A stretch of 64,000 bases of DNA from NCBI GenBank assembly GCA_949841595.1, contig CATKZB010000002.1, positions 64,295-128,294 of the forward strand, written 5' to 3'. Below, piece by piece: positions 28,211-38,477 of the stretch; position 1 is the stretch's first letter, and each line of letters starts with the position of its first letter. This DNA is from an uncultured Christensenella sp. Its GTDB lineage: Bacteria > Bacillota > Clostridia > Christensenellales > UBA1242. The notes beneath the pieces are model-generated. The model made no database searches. It was given only the letters and a program-made list of their open reading frames with translations, and was not told the DNA's origin. Position numbers and translations under genes: made by a program.

Positions 28211-29572
28211 TTATTCTGACAAAGCCGTCTTTTTCTGTTTTTTTCTTCTTTTGTTTCTCTCTTGCCTGAAATTATCTATTTGCATACGCCTGAAAATTTG
28301 ACTCTCTTCTTGCAAATCAAATTTCTTTTTAACCCAACGATATTTTCTGTTTCCGAAAAGTGTGTCGTATGTCAACACCCCGAGACCTTGCAATAAATAG
28401 AAATAATAAGAGCAGAATCTCCAAAGCAGCAACGCCCAAAACGTTTTTCCTCCAAGATAACCCTTAAACAGAGCAGTAAATGTAATTTCATTCATACCTG
28501 TTCCACCAGGAAGTGGAATAAAGCTTGAAGCCAAATCAATCAATGCAGTATAGACAAAAAATTCTCCAAACTTACTTCCGTCAAAGCCTTTAAAAATACA
28601 GCAAATAAAGAAAGGAATTGAAAATAACAGAACAAATCTAGCCAAATGCAAAATGAGTTGATAAATAATCGCAAACTTTGCTTTGCTATATTCTTTCATG
28701 ATGTTTTGATAGTCTTCCACAAATCTTACAACTTTGCCATAATATTTGTCATAGTCTTTTAATATGTGAAGTTTAACAAGGACTCTAAGCCCCCAAGAAA
28801 CAATCTTTGTGCCAAGTTTTCTGGAAAGAGAAAAAAACAAAATCACAACGACCATCAAAAATGAAAGTATAAACCCAATGATACTTGCAGCAGAAACCAA
28901 AGTTGTCATTCCATTGGTGAAAGAAATAATAAGACAAACAAAAGTTACAATCAGCCAAGAGACTTGCTGAAACAAAAGTTTTGCAATAGGAATAGACAAT
29001 GATGTAGAGCCTGGAACATCCCTTCCAGTGAGATAAGTGACCATAAATGCTTGACCACCACTCGAAAGTGGAGTTACAGCATCATAATATCTTAAAATTG
29101 AAAGCGATTTGTAAGAAAGTGCCCAACGAGAACGCAACGTCTTTCTGTAAATCATCCTATGCACAGAAATAACATCCACAATCATTATTCCAGCTAAAAA
29201 TACCATGGCAATAAGGAAATAAACAAGATTTATTTCTTTAAATTTGAAAGGTTCAAAATCTTCAGTTGTAAAAATGTTCCACATCAAAATGGCAGCAACT
29301 AGGACAATGTTGAAAATAAAAAACAATATGTTTTTGATTTTTTTCTTTTTATCTTTATTTTGAAACTCGTTTACTTCTTTGTTGGATTCTTCAATTTTGG
29401 CTTCAACAATCTTTTTTTCTTCTTCAGAAAGTTGTTTGCTTTCAAGTTGTTCAAGTTTCTTTGCTTTTCTTACATCAATTCTGTTTTTAACACGTGAAAA
29501 AAGATTACGCTTTTTGTTTTTTTCAGCGTCTTCAAGATTTTCTATTTCTGGAAGTTTTCTATTTTCACTCAT
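28211..29572 (-). CDS. flippase-like (UPF0104 / lysyl-PG-synthase TM-region type) membrane protein with K/E-rich N-terminal extension
   Basis: Multi-TM protein with the IPLPGGTGMNE motif typical of that family as I recall it. ATG 29572. Confidence 0.65.
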   Translation of the reverse strand: MSENRKLPEIENLEDAEKNKKRNLFSRVKNRIDVRKAKKLEQLESKQLSEEEKKIVEAKIEESNKEVNEFQNKDKKKKIKNILFFIFNIVLVAAILMWNIFTTEDFEPFKFKEINLVYFLIAMVFLAGIMIVDVISVHRMIYRKTLRSRWALSYKSLSILRYYDAVTPLSSGGQAFMVTYLTGRDVPGSTSLSIPIAKLLFQQVSWLIVTFVCLIISFTNGMTTLVSAASIIGFILSFLMVVVILFFSLSRKLGTKIVSWGLRVLVKLHILKDYDKYYGKVVRFVEDYQNIMKEYSKAKFAIIYQLILHLARFVLLFSIPFFICCIFKGFDGSKFGEFFVYTALIDLASSFIPLPGGTGMNEITFTALFKGYLGGKTFWALLLWRFCSYYFYLLQGLGVLTYDTLFGNRKYRWVKKKFDLQEESQIFRRMQIDNFRQERNKRRKKQKKTALSE

Positions 29573-29593
29573 CAACTTAATAATATCAAAAAA

Positions 29594-29626
29594 AACAAAC
29601 TCTTGTCAATTTAACAAGAGTTGTTT
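29594..29626 (-). terminator. terminator of the PrsA-like gene
   Basis: AACTCTTGT (29598-29606) - 7 nt - ACAAGAGTT (29614-29622), followed on the minus strand by a T8 run. Confidence 0.65.
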
Positions 29627-29653
29627 TTATAATTATATTATATTTGCCTTATT

Positions 29654-31453
29654 TTAATACATGTCCTTGATATTATTCTCAACACCTTCAATCTTTGTTG
29701 TCAAAGATTTTCTCAAATAATTGATGTTCATGTTTTGGAACACTGCAAAATTATCCTGTGCCAAGCTGTCGTAAATGCTGTCAAAAACAGTTTTATTTGA
29801 AAAAATGTTCAATCTTGTTGATGTCAAAACTTTTATGTTATTTTTTTGTTTTGAAGCATCAAAATTCACACCATCAACAGCAATAGGATTTTCTATCTTG
29901 CCAGCATAGAAGAAAATATAATATCCATCTTCAGCTTTAACCAACCCAGTTGTATCTCCAACTTTTGCATTTCCATCATTATATAATGCAAGTATTGCTT
30001 CTTTTGCATCATCGTTATTTGTAAATTTTTCACCAGCCAAAACTTTGTTGTCAGTTGTAACACCAAAAACAGCATTGTAATCAGCACCTTTAAGAGTGTC
30101 ATCATCGTTGTAAGAATATAAATATTTTCTGAAAGCCTCTGCTTTTTTGTAGCCTATATTTTTGTTAAGCTCAGCACTTTCGTTGTCATTATACTTAAAT
30201 TTTGTTACATCTGAATTAATCAAAGAAAGCAATTCTTTCGCTGATTTTTCACCTGTTACGCTTCCATCTTTTTCATTTCTGACAGTCACCATAACATTAT
30301 TTTCATTATACAAACCTTCAACCAAGCTTGCATATCTAGATGGAGTGATGGTTCTGTTATCAAGTTGAGTTTTCCATTTGGCAAGATCACTCTTTTGACT
30401 TTCTGAAAATTCTGCTTTAACATAACCAACATAGAAATAGTTTGAATTTCCATTTCCTTCCAAAATGTAATCAACATTTCCAACATCGCTAAGAATTGAG
30501 CTTTCATAAGAAGAACTATTGCCTTCAACAACATAAGTTGCATAGTCTGCTCTGACTTTTGCAGAGTAATTTCTCAGAACATCGTCTACAGTGATATTTG
30601 AAATATCAGCATCTTGTTGTTTTTGAGCATTGTAAATAGTTTCGTATTTTTCTACAATATAATTTTCTTTAAGAATTTCATAAACTCTGTCAATTTCAAA
30701 CAAAATACATTCTTTGTCACTTTCAAATGTTTTGTATGAATAGTTTTTCTTAACATCTGAAACATATTTGTTGAATGCGTTTTTCCAAGCTTTTGCACTT
30801 GAATCATTTGATTCTTTAAGTTCAATCAAGGTTTGATACATCATCTCTTTAAAGATATATTTGTTTTCACTTGATTTATATTCAATGTTGTAAGCAACAT
30901 CATCCTTTTTTCTTTCTTCATAAGTTGCTCTTATTGTTGTTGCTGGAGATTTTTTTCTTATAACCAAATCTTCATCCAAATAAACCTTGCTTTTATAGTC
31001 ATTGAAAACTGATTTATCAGTTTCTTCTGTGGAATTTTCATCCGAAGTTGAAACTCCTTCCAAATAGCTTTTCACATTTGAATATATCGCATTGTAAGTT
31101 TCATCATAAAGATATGTGGTTTCATTGCCCAACAACAAATCTTCTCCAAGATTTTTATAATAATTTTCAACAGCTTTAATCGTTATTCTTCTGTTAATAA
31201 CAGTTTCCAAAGTTTGTTCAACAGCTTGCTTTGTTGTGTAATTATAATTTTGAACATAATTATAACCATAACTGTTGAAAGCTGTGATTAAGTCTCTCTT
31301 GTTGATATTTTCTGTCGTTCCGTCAACATAACTTATTGTTGCAACTGTTGCCTCATAATAATTTTTGTCATTCCTGCCAACCAAAGAACAGCCTGCAAAA
31401 ACAGACACACACATAATCAACATCAAAAATAATGATACTATTTTATTTTTCAC
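29654..31453 (-). CDS. PrsA/SurA-like lipoprotein (no intact parvulin signature seen)
   Basis: GGAG - 7 nt - GTG 31453. Lipobox VFAGC. SurA-N-like N-terminus. It sits directly after mfd, as in many Clostridia. Confidence 0.5.
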   Translation of the reverse strand: MKNKIVSLFLMLIMCVSVFAGCSLVGRNDKNYYEATVATISYVDGTTENINKRDLITAFNSYGYNYVQNYNYTTKQAVEQTLETVINRRITIKAVENYYKNLGEDLLLGNETTYLYDETYNAIYSNVKSYLEGVSTSDENSTEETDKSVFNDYKSKVYLDEDLVIRKKSPATTIRATYEERKKDDVAYNIEYKSSENKYIFKEMMYQTLIELKESNDSSAKAWKNAFNKYVSDVKKNYSYKTFESDKECILFEIDRVYEILKENYIVEKYETIYNAQKQQDADISNITVDDVLRNYSAKVRADYATYVVEGNSSSYESSILSDVGNVDYILEGNGNSNYFYVGYVKAEFSESQKSDLAKWKTQLDNRTITPSRYASLVEGLYNENNVMVTVRNEKDGSVTGEKSAKELLSLINSDVTKFKYNDNESAELNKNIGYKKAEAFRKYLYSYNDDDTLKGADYNAVFGVTTDNKVLAGEKFTNNDDAKEAILALYNDGNAKVGDTTGLVKAEDGYYIFFYAGKIENPIAVDGVNFDASKQKNNIKVLTSTRLNIFSNKTVFDSIYDSLAQDNFAVFQNMNINYLRKSLTTKIEGVENNIKDMY

Positions 31454-31506
31454 CTTCAAACTCCAATGTGTTTAATTTCAAAATTGCTTTAAGCATAATT
31501 CACAAT

Positions 31507-31535
31507 ATTATAATATAATAAACAAATAATTTCAA
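31507..31535 (-). promoter_or_regulatory. sigma-A promoter of the PrsA-like gene
   Basis: Minus strand: TTGAAA (31535-31530) - 17 nt - TATAAT (31512-31507). Confidence 0.45.
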
Positions 31536-31552
31536 GCAAAATAGTCAATTTG

Positions 31553-34500
31553 TCAATCTTTTTTAAAGCCCAAAGCATTGGAAAACATTTCAATCAGCAA
31601 GTCGACTTTTTCCACAACCTTTCCTTTTGCATTAACTTTCAAGATTGGTGACTGTTCAAATTTAAGACAAGCGTCATAATATTTGCTGACATCTGATAGC
31701 CTTTTATCTATTATTTCCTCACTTTTATAAAGATAAACAGCACAGTCCACACTGTTTATTTTAATTTTTTGAACATTCAACTCGCCAGCCAAATTTTTCA
31801 AATATGCAATCTTACACAAATTTTCAACTTCAACAGGCATATCTCCATTGCTTTCAACAAGTTGTTCTTGCACTTGCCTAAACTCTTCTGCAGAAGATAT
31901 CTGACTTATTTTGTTATAGAAAACAATTCGCTCTTCTTGTGAAGAGATATAGTTCTCACTTATATATGCATCCAAAACAAGTTCCATTTTGATTTCTTTT
32001 TGATTTTGAGTTTTTGCACCAGAAAGTTCTTTCGTAACTTCTTCCAAAAGACGAACATACATGTCATAGCCCACCTTTTGCATATGTCCATGTTGTTCTT
32101 TTCCCAAAATATTGCCTGCACCACGGATTTCCAAATCTCTCATAGCAATTTTGAAGCCACTGCCAAGTTCTCTAAACTCTTTAATCGCTTCCAGCCTTTT
32201 GTAAGCATCTTCCGTCAACACTTTCCCACCATCATAGGTCAGATATGCATATGCAAGCTTGTCAGAACGCCCTATTCTTCCCCTTATTTGATAAAGCTGA
32301 CTTAGTCCAAGCATATCACAATCCACCACAAACAAAGTGTTGAGTGTTGGCAAGTCCACACCATTTTCAATCAAAGTTGTGGAAATAAATAAATTAAATT
32401 TGTCATCATAAAGATCAGCAATGACTTTTGACAATTCTTGTTCCATCATCTGTCCATGAGCAACTCCAATCTTAGCTTGTGGCAAAAGAGAAGCAACATG
32501 ACTCCTGAAATTATATATCTCGGCCACCTTGTTAAACAAAACAAGCGCCTTTCCATTTCTTGAAAGTTCTCTTGCAACCACATCCTGAAGCAGCTGATCG
32601 CTATAAGGACTGACATATGTTTGAATAGGCAATCTATCACGAGGTGGAGTCGCAATCACGCTTATATCTCTTATGCCAGAAAGTGACATATGAAGAGTCC
32701 TTGGAATTGGAGTTGCTGACAAAGTTAAAACATCAATATCAGTTTTCATTTTTTTGATTTTTTCTTTATCCTTAACACCAAATCTTTGTTCTTCATCCAA
32801 AACAAGCAGTCCCAAATCCTTAAATTTAAGGTTTTCATTCAAAATTTTGTGAGTGCCAATCAAAATATCTATTTTGCCATCAGCCAAACGTTTATAAATT
32901 TCTTTTGTTTGACTGTCTGTTTTAAAACGATTCAAAACTTCAATTCTAAGTCCAAATCCTTCCATTCGCTGTTTTGCAGAACGATAATGCTGTTCACTTA
33001 AAATTGTTGTAGGGCAAAGGAATGCAACTTGCTTTCCATTATAAACAGCTTTAAAAATTGCACGGAACGCAACTTCCGTTTTTCCGAAGCCAACGTCACC
33101 ACAAACAAGCCTGTCCATAATTTTGGAACTTTCCATATCTTTGTCAATTTCCAAAATAGCTTGTGCTTGGTCAGGAGTAAGTTCAAACTCGAAAGCATCA
33201 GCAAATTGTTTTTCAAGTTCTTCATCTCGAGAAAAAACAAAGCCTTTTTTATCTTCTCTTTCCTTGTAAATCTTTGCCAACGAAATTGCAACTTCTTTAA
33301 GGTCTTCTTTAACTTTTTGCTTAAGCCTTGTCCATTCACTTGAACCCAATCCATTTAATTTTGGAGATTCAGCACCAATGTATGCAGAAACAAGATTTGC
33401 CTGTTCTGTTGGAAGATAAAGCAGTGCACCATTTTTATATTCCAAAACAAAATAGTCTTTTTCAAAGTGAGTAAGTTTCATCCTGACAATGTCTTTACAT
33501 CTGCCAACCCCATAGAAAGAATGAACAACATAGTCTCCCACTTTTGGCAAATATGAAAAATTTTGTTTTCCATTTCTGTAAGTGGCATGCTGAGATTTAT
33601 ACATGTCGTCAGTGCCAATACCAATAACATTAAAGTCCAAAAAACTGAAAGAATAGGGAAAATAATCTCTGACAATATAGACATAGTTCCCTTCAATCAA
33701 TTGACCTTCAAATTCACGATGTGAAATTTTGTTGGTCATCAAAAATTCTTTCAAAATTTCAAAATAATTTCCAGCAAAAAGAAAGACATTCACATGCCCA
33801 TCAGCATAAATTAAGATGTCTTTTTTAAGAGACATAAAATCAGTTAAATAATTTTTTTGCCCCACTGTTTTGTTTTCAAATTTACTTTCACGTGTGTTTG
33901 AAAAAACTTTATAAAGTGTCAAATCAACATCTTCAAAATTTAAGAAAAAATCTTTGGTTGTCCAAGAAAGTTCTTCCCTACTTCTTTGCAAAATTTTGCA
34001 TTCATTTTCAATTTTCAGTGGTTCGTCAATTATAATATTTTCACTTAAATCTAAAACAGAATTTTTTCCAAATTTCAAAAAAACAGGAAAAATATCGAAT
34101 TTTTCGAGATTTTTTTGCGTTTTCATAGTGGAAAAGTCAAAATTTATAATTTTTTCGATTTCTTCATCAAAAAATTCAATTCTGTAAGGAAACTCTTGTC
34201 CACTGACAAAAACATCAACAACATCGCCTCTTATTGCAAACTGTCCGACAGTTGTGACATAGTTCACTTTTTCATATCCAAAAGAAACAAATTTTTCTGC
34301 CAGTTTTTCAATTTCAAACTCTTGCCCCACTTCGATTTCTGTTTTGTTTTTCAAAAAAGCCAAATCAAATTTTGTTGTAAGTGAAGAAGGAAGAAAAATC
34401 AACACATCCAAATTGCCATTCAAAAAAGATGTGACAGAGTCAGCAAAAGGGAAAAGATTGACATCCTTTTCATCTTCATTTTCTCTGCCGCAAGAGACGA

Positions 34501-34687
34501 TTTGGACAGATTTTCCACAATCTATCAAGCCTTTTTTCAACTTGCTTGCAGAAACAAAATCTGCACACAAATAAACCAGCTTTTCTTGTAATGCACAATA
34601 TAAAACTTTCTCCCCAATAAAAAATCCACCTAAATCATTTTGTTTAGGCAAATTTGTATTTTTCAAAAGTTCTATAAAATTTTTCAT
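31553..34687 (-). CDS. mfd: transcription-repair coupling factor
   Basis: GDVGFGKTEVA Walker A, LVLDEEQRFGV, CarD/TRCF-like RNAP-interacting region, and superfamily-2 helicase motifs. ATG 34687 overlaps the pth stop by 1 nt. Confidence 0.95.
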   Translation of the reverse strand: MKNFIELLKNTNLPKQNDLGGFFIGEKVLYCALQEKLVYLCADFVSASKLKKGLIDCGKSVQIVSCGRENEDEKDVNLFPFADSVTSFLNGNLDVLIFLPSSLTTKFDLAFLKNKTEIEVGQEFEIEKLAEKFVSFGYEKVNYVTTVGQFAIRGDVVDVFVSGQEFPYRIEFFDEEIEKIINFDFSTMKTQKNLEKFDIFPVFLKFGKNSVLDLSENIIIDEPLKIENECKILQRSREELSWTTKDFFLNFEDVDLTLYKVFSNTRESKFENKTVGQKNYLTDFMSLKKDILIYADGHVNVFLFAGNYFEILKEFLMTNKISHREFEGQLIEGNYVYIVRDYFPYSFSFLDFNVIGIGTDDMYKSQHATYRNGKQNFSYLPKVGDYVVHSFYGVGRCKDIVRMKLTHFEKDYFVLEYKNGALLYLPTEQANLVSAYIGAESPKLNGLGSSEWTRLKQKVKEDLKEVAISLAKIYKEREDKKGFVFSRDEELEKQFADAFEFELTPDQAQAILEIDKDMESSKIMDRLVCGDVGFGKTEVAFRAIFKAVYNGKQVAFLCPTTILSEQHYRSAKQRMEGFGLRIEVLNRFKTDSQTKEIYKRLADGKIDILIGTHKILNENLKFKDLGLLVLDEEQRFGVKDKEKIKKMKTDIDVLTLSATPIPRTLHMSLSGIRDISVIATPPRDRLPIQTYVSPYSDQLLQDVVARELSRNGKALVLFNKVAEIYNFRSHVASLLPQAKIGVAHGQMMEQELSKVIADLYDDKFNLFISTTLIENGVDLPTLNTLFVVDCDMLGLSQLYQIRGRIGRSDKLAYAYLTYDGGKVLTEDAYKRLEAIKEFRELGSGFKIAMRDLEIRGAGNILGKEQHGHMQKVGYDMYVRLLEEVTKELSGAKTQNQKEIKMELVLDAYISENYISSQEERIVFYNKISQISSAEEFRQVQEQLVESNGDMPVEVENLCKIAYLKNLAGELNVQKIKINSVDCAVYLYKSEEIIDKRLSDVSKYYDACLKFEQSPILKVNAKGKVVEKVDLLIEMFSNALGFKKD

Positions 34688-35190
34688 CAAGACAATCTCT
34701 CACAAATTTCTTCAACCGTTTTTTGAATTATTGGTTCAAAAACATTTTCATCATATTTTGAAAGCACATAGTCAGCAAGATCCAAAGATATATCTCTGCC
34801 AATTCCAACTTTTATTCTTTCAAAATCTTGTCCAATATAAGAAACAATGCTACGCAAACCGTTGTGAGTTCCAGCCGAACCATGTTCACGATACCTTATA
34901 TTTCCTTTCGGTAAATCTATATCATCAACTACGACAATGATTCTTGCATCTTTAAATTTTTCTTTCAAGAGAACAACACTCTCTCCACTCAAATTCATAT
35001 ATGTTTGTGGTTTAACCAGCAGAAGTTTTTCTCCATTAAAAACCCCTTCACCCACCAAAGCTTTATATTTTTGCTTGCTAAATTCAATATTAAGTTTTTT
35101 TGCCAAAGCATCAAGCACAGCAAAGCCGACATTGTGATAGGTGTTTTTATATTTCTGCTCAGGATTTCCTAGTCCAACAACAATATTCAT
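34687..35190 (-). CDS. pth: peptidyl-tRNA hydrolase
   Basis: MNIVVGLGNPEQKYKNTYHNVGF... plus GTHNGLRS. AGGAG SD. Confidence 0.95.
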   Translation of the reverse strand: MNIVVGLGNPEQKYKNTYHNVGFAVLDALAKKLNIEFSKQKYKALVGEGVFNGEKLLLVKPQTYMNLSGESVVLLKEKFKDARIIVVVDDIDLPKGNIRYREHGSAGTHNGLRSIVSYIGQDFERIKVGIGRDISLDLADYVLSKYDENVFEPIIQKTVEEICERLS

Positions 35191-35198
35191 AAAATCTC

Positions 35199-36038
35199 CT
35201 AAACCTTTTGATTTATAAGTCTGTCAAAAGGCCCAACAACCTTTCCCTTTTCAACTTTGCTTTTTTCCAAATAACTTTGACAAACAAAAGCTTCATCACA
35301 CACAATTGTGTCAAAAATGTAATTTCCACTTTCCAGAATGACATTTTTGCCAATGTAACTTTCGCCCTTTATGATGTTGTTTGGATAAATTACTGAGCCA
35401 GCTTCAATCTCCACATCAGCATCAATAAAGATTGTGTTTTCTCCAAAAAGAACAACACCATTTTCTTTGTGATAATTCAAAATTCTGCCATTGAGCACTT
35501 TAAAAGCATAAGAAACCATTTGAGAGTTGTTTATTAAAGCAAAATCTTCTTTATCAAACTCTTCCACAGTTGATGACAACATCATCTTGGCATTTTTCAA
35601 ATATTCGGCTTTAAACACAAATCCCCTTGAAAGTTTCAAGACGTTCATTCTGTTTTTCGAGAAATAATCCATTATTTCCAAGAAAGTTGATTTTTTAAGC
35701 AATGGAGTGTCGCTATAAAACACTGCAACAAAACGATATTCCTCTGCAAACTCTCTCACTGCTGAAAGAATGTCATCATCTTCCGGTTCTTCAATGACTT
35801 TTTGTTGACAGCCTGATGTTGCAAGTGCCACCCAATCAATCATCTTTTTGCCACAGACATCAAAATTTGCAGGAATTGCTCCCTTGGCTTTAACCAACAC
35901 AATCAAAGTCTCTTGTGCCACCCAATCATAATTTTCTTCTTTCTCCAAAGTCACTGGTTTGATTTCTTGGTTTAAGAAATCAAAACTAATTTGATTTTCA
36001 ATGACTTCAGTTTCCATTTCTTTTTCTAATATTTCCAT
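35199..36038 (-). CDS. GlmU-like protein lacking the nucleotide-binding G-x-G-T-R-M motif and the C-terminal acetyltransferase end
   Basis: YSDTPLL aligns with the GlmU YGDVPL motif. Left-handed beta-helix turns end at VGPFDRLI (GlmU GPFARLR). The N-terminal LAAGKGTRM equivalent reads LVKAKGAIPAN. Confidence 0.6.
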   Translation of the reverse strand: MEILEKEMETEVIENQISFDFLNQEIKPVTLEKEENYDWVAQETLIVLVKAKGAIPANFDVCGKKMIDWVALATSGCQQKVIEEPEDDDILSAVREFAEEYRFVAVFYSDTPLLKKSTFLEIMDYFSKNRMNVLKLSRGFVFKAEYLKNAKMMLSSTVEEFDKEDFALINNSQMVSYAFKVLNGRILNYHKENGVVLFGENTIFIDADVEIEAGSVIYPNNIIKGESYIGKNVILESGNYIFDTIVCDEAFVCQSYLEKSKVEKGKVVGPFDRLINQKV

Positions 36039-36157
36039 AAGTTAATTATAAATTTATAAATATTTTTTGTCAACAAAGAAAGCATTTAATCACAAAATCA
36101 CTTAAATTTCTTTTAAATTATTTTTAAAAATGTTTTCGATATGGTAAAATAAGTTTG

Positions 36158-37261
36158 ATGAAAACAAAAATAAAGAAAAACATAGCAAAATATTTTGTTT
36201 GTTATGCCCTTGTGCTTATCACTTTGGGTCTTTGTTTTTTTATGTTTCAAACGACACCAACTTTTGCAGATGAAATTTTCAGAGAACATAAAATTTCACA
36301 AGGTAATTTTTCAATGACCATGACAATAGATTCCCGAAGAAACAACACTCTTCCTCTTGATCAAAGAGTTGTGGAAACAGACTCAGGAGATATAACTTAC
36401 CTTTGTTTCAAATGGAGAGATATAAAAAGTTTACATTTTCGTTTTTCTGCAGATTTGAGTGAAGCAACAAACATATACACTGGCTATGAATTTTTGGTAA
36501 CAACAAATCAGACAGAAGATTTAAATTCTTCTTTCGGAATGGCAAACCCAAAAACACTTTATCAAGGACTGATTTTAAACAACACTTTTTCGCAATTTGA
36601 CTTCAACTATTACATTGACAAAGACACAGATATATCAGAATCAGCCACCCGTTGCAGAGGCAACGACTTTGGACTTTACAAATTTGATTTCAACTACACC
36701 TACGTTGTGGACGATATTGAAAGAAAAATTTCAATTGGTGAAATTTATGTTGCAATTTTGCCAGATGAAGTGGAAAACATAAACTCTGATAATTTACAAA
36801 TCTTATATTCAGTTTCCAGCTCCAACAAATTGATGAACATTTTCAACCTATATCTTTCAACTGACGCTTATAAATTTGTCAACCCAGAACATCTTGAATG
36901 GAGTGTGATCGGAAAAGACACCACAAACATAAATTATGTTTTATCTCAAAAATTTAAAGACGAAAATCCAAGATATGCAAACTATCGTGTTATTTGGCAA
37001 TCGCAAGAAAAAGAACAACCAATCGGCACAAGTTTTATCTTCGATTCAAACGATATTGAAGGAACATGGAACGTGTTTCTGACAATAAAAAACAAAGACG
37101 GTTCAACCAAACAAACTTTAAATGTTGCAAATCTCTCAACAATAAAACAAGAGCATAAATCTTTTTTATGGTTGATTTTGCTTATTGCTGGATGTTTGAT
37201 AGCAATTGCAGTTGTAATAACACTTATCATCTTCAAGAAAAAACGCGATAAAGTATGGTAA
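36158..37261 (+). CDS. type I membrane protein, hypothetical (signal/TM at N-terminus, TM + KKKRDK at C-terminus)
   Basis: ORF track, ATG 36158. I recognise no motif. Confidence 0.55.
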   Translation: MKTKIKKNIAKYFVCYALVLITLGLCFFMFQTTPTFADEIFREHKISQGNFSMTMTIDSRRNNTLPLDQRVVETDSGDITYLCFKWRDIKSLHFRFSADLSEATNIYTGYEFLVTTNQTEDLNSSFGMANPKTLYQGLILNNTFSQFDFNYYIDKDTDISESATRCRGNDFGLYKFDFNYTYVVDDIERKISIGEIYVAILPDEVENINSDNLQILYSVSSSNKLMNIFNLYLSTDAYKFVNPEHLEWSVIGKDTTNINYVLSQKFKDENPRYANYRVIWQSQEKEQPIGTSFIFDSNDIEGTWNVFLTIKNKDGSTKQTLNVANLSTIKQEHKSFLWLILLIAGCLIAIAVVITLIIFKKKRDKVW

Positions 37262-37296
37262 AAATAAAACAAGGATAACTTAGTCCTTGTTTTTCT

Positions 37297-37701
37297 TTAT
37301 AAAATATTGTGAAAACTTGCTCCCATAAAATGTTGAAAATTCTCAACATAGTGCTTTATTATTTCCAGAGAAGTGAAAAACTCAATTGGTTCTTCTTCAT
37401 CAATATAAGTTTTGAGTCTGACAATTTCCACACCAAGTTGTTCAATGGACTTGTGATTGACCATAAAGCATAATGCACTTTCATGTTCTCTCCAAGAATA
37501 TTCCAAATTGTCCACCAAACTTGCAACTTCGCCATTGACAATTCCACCATTTTCTTCGGCAACAGTTTCGATTTCATAACAAAATCTTTTCACTTCGTCA
37601 AGTGACAAGACTACAAGTCTATCCTCCAAAACACAAAGCCCAATCAAAACTGCCAAAATAAGAAATATTGAAACCAATTTAAACCAACCATATTTTGTCA
37701 T
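37297..37701 (-). CDS. DUF4363-like small anchored protein
   Basis: N-terminal TM plus a helical domain. It overlaps the upstream DUF421 gene by 4 nt, which is the usual pairing as I recall it. Confidence 0.5.
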   Translation of the reverse strand: MTKYGWFKLVSIFLILAVLIGLCVLEDRLVVLSLDEVKRFCYEIETVAEENGGIVNGEVASLVDNLEYSWREHESALCFMVNHKSIEQLGVEIVRLKTYIDEEEPIEFFTSLEIIKHYVENFQHFMGASFHNIL

Positions 37702-38435
37702 TCTTGCACCTGCCCAAGTGGAGAAACTTGAAGAGTTTGATATTTTTCACCAAACTTTTGCAGATAAACCATTCCATTTTTGTCTATCGTCATGATAAGC
37801 ACATCTTTAACTTTTTTGACATTGGCTTTTTGCAAAACATCTTTCACAACATTCTCATCAATTTTTGCCACATCCAAATTATCTTTAACAATCTTACCTT
37901 CATTGATGATATTGATTGGAATCACACTTTTGTCAATCTTCAATTTCATATCTTGTACTGTTACTGGAGCAAATTGACTTTTGGGCAAAACACTCATTTT
38001 TCCATTTGTCTCCATGATTGCATATTGAATTTGTTCTATACTGAAAAATCCACACCCTCTTATAGCTTCAAAAACATCGTCAACTGACAAATTCAAGTTT
38101 TTCAAAGCCTTATAGTCCAGACCCTCTGGATTGATGACAATAACTGGTTTTCCACTTAAAAAAGTGGCAAATTTATTGCTGATTGAACTTAAAAACGTAA
38201 GTATAAAATGAAGCAAAACCAAAGTCAAAAGAGGAATGATTCCGTGAAGCACAGGCACTGACACCTCTGCCATAGGGATTGTGGCAAGGTCGGCAATGAT
38301 AAGAGTAAGGACAAGTTCAAAAGGTTGCATTTGTCCCAATTGTCTTTTCCCCATAAGTCTATACAAAAACAAGACCACCAAATAGATTATGATTGCTCTA
38401 ACAACTATCGTAAACATATCTATATTATAAGTCAT
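37698..38435 (-). CDS. DUF421 (YetF-like) membrane protein
   Basis: Three N-terminal TMs (RLMGKRQLGQMQPFELVLTLIIADLA) plus a soluble C-terminal domain. Confidence 0.7.
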   Translation of the reverse strand: MTYNIDMFTIVVRAIIIYLVVLFLYRLMGKRQLGQMQPFELVLTLIIADLATIPMAEVSVPVLHGIIPLLTLVLLHFILTFLSSISNKFATFLSGKPVIVINPEGLDYKALKNLNLSVDDVFEAIRGCGFFSIEQIQYAIMETNGKMSVLPKSQFAPVTVQDMKLKIDKSVIPINIINEGKIVKDNLDVAKIDENVVKDVLQKANVKKVKDVLIMTIDKNGMVYLQKFGEKYQTLQVSPLGQVQE

Positions 38436-38477
38436 TTTAAAAATTTCTTACATATTTCAAGAATTTTTGTGAAAAAC

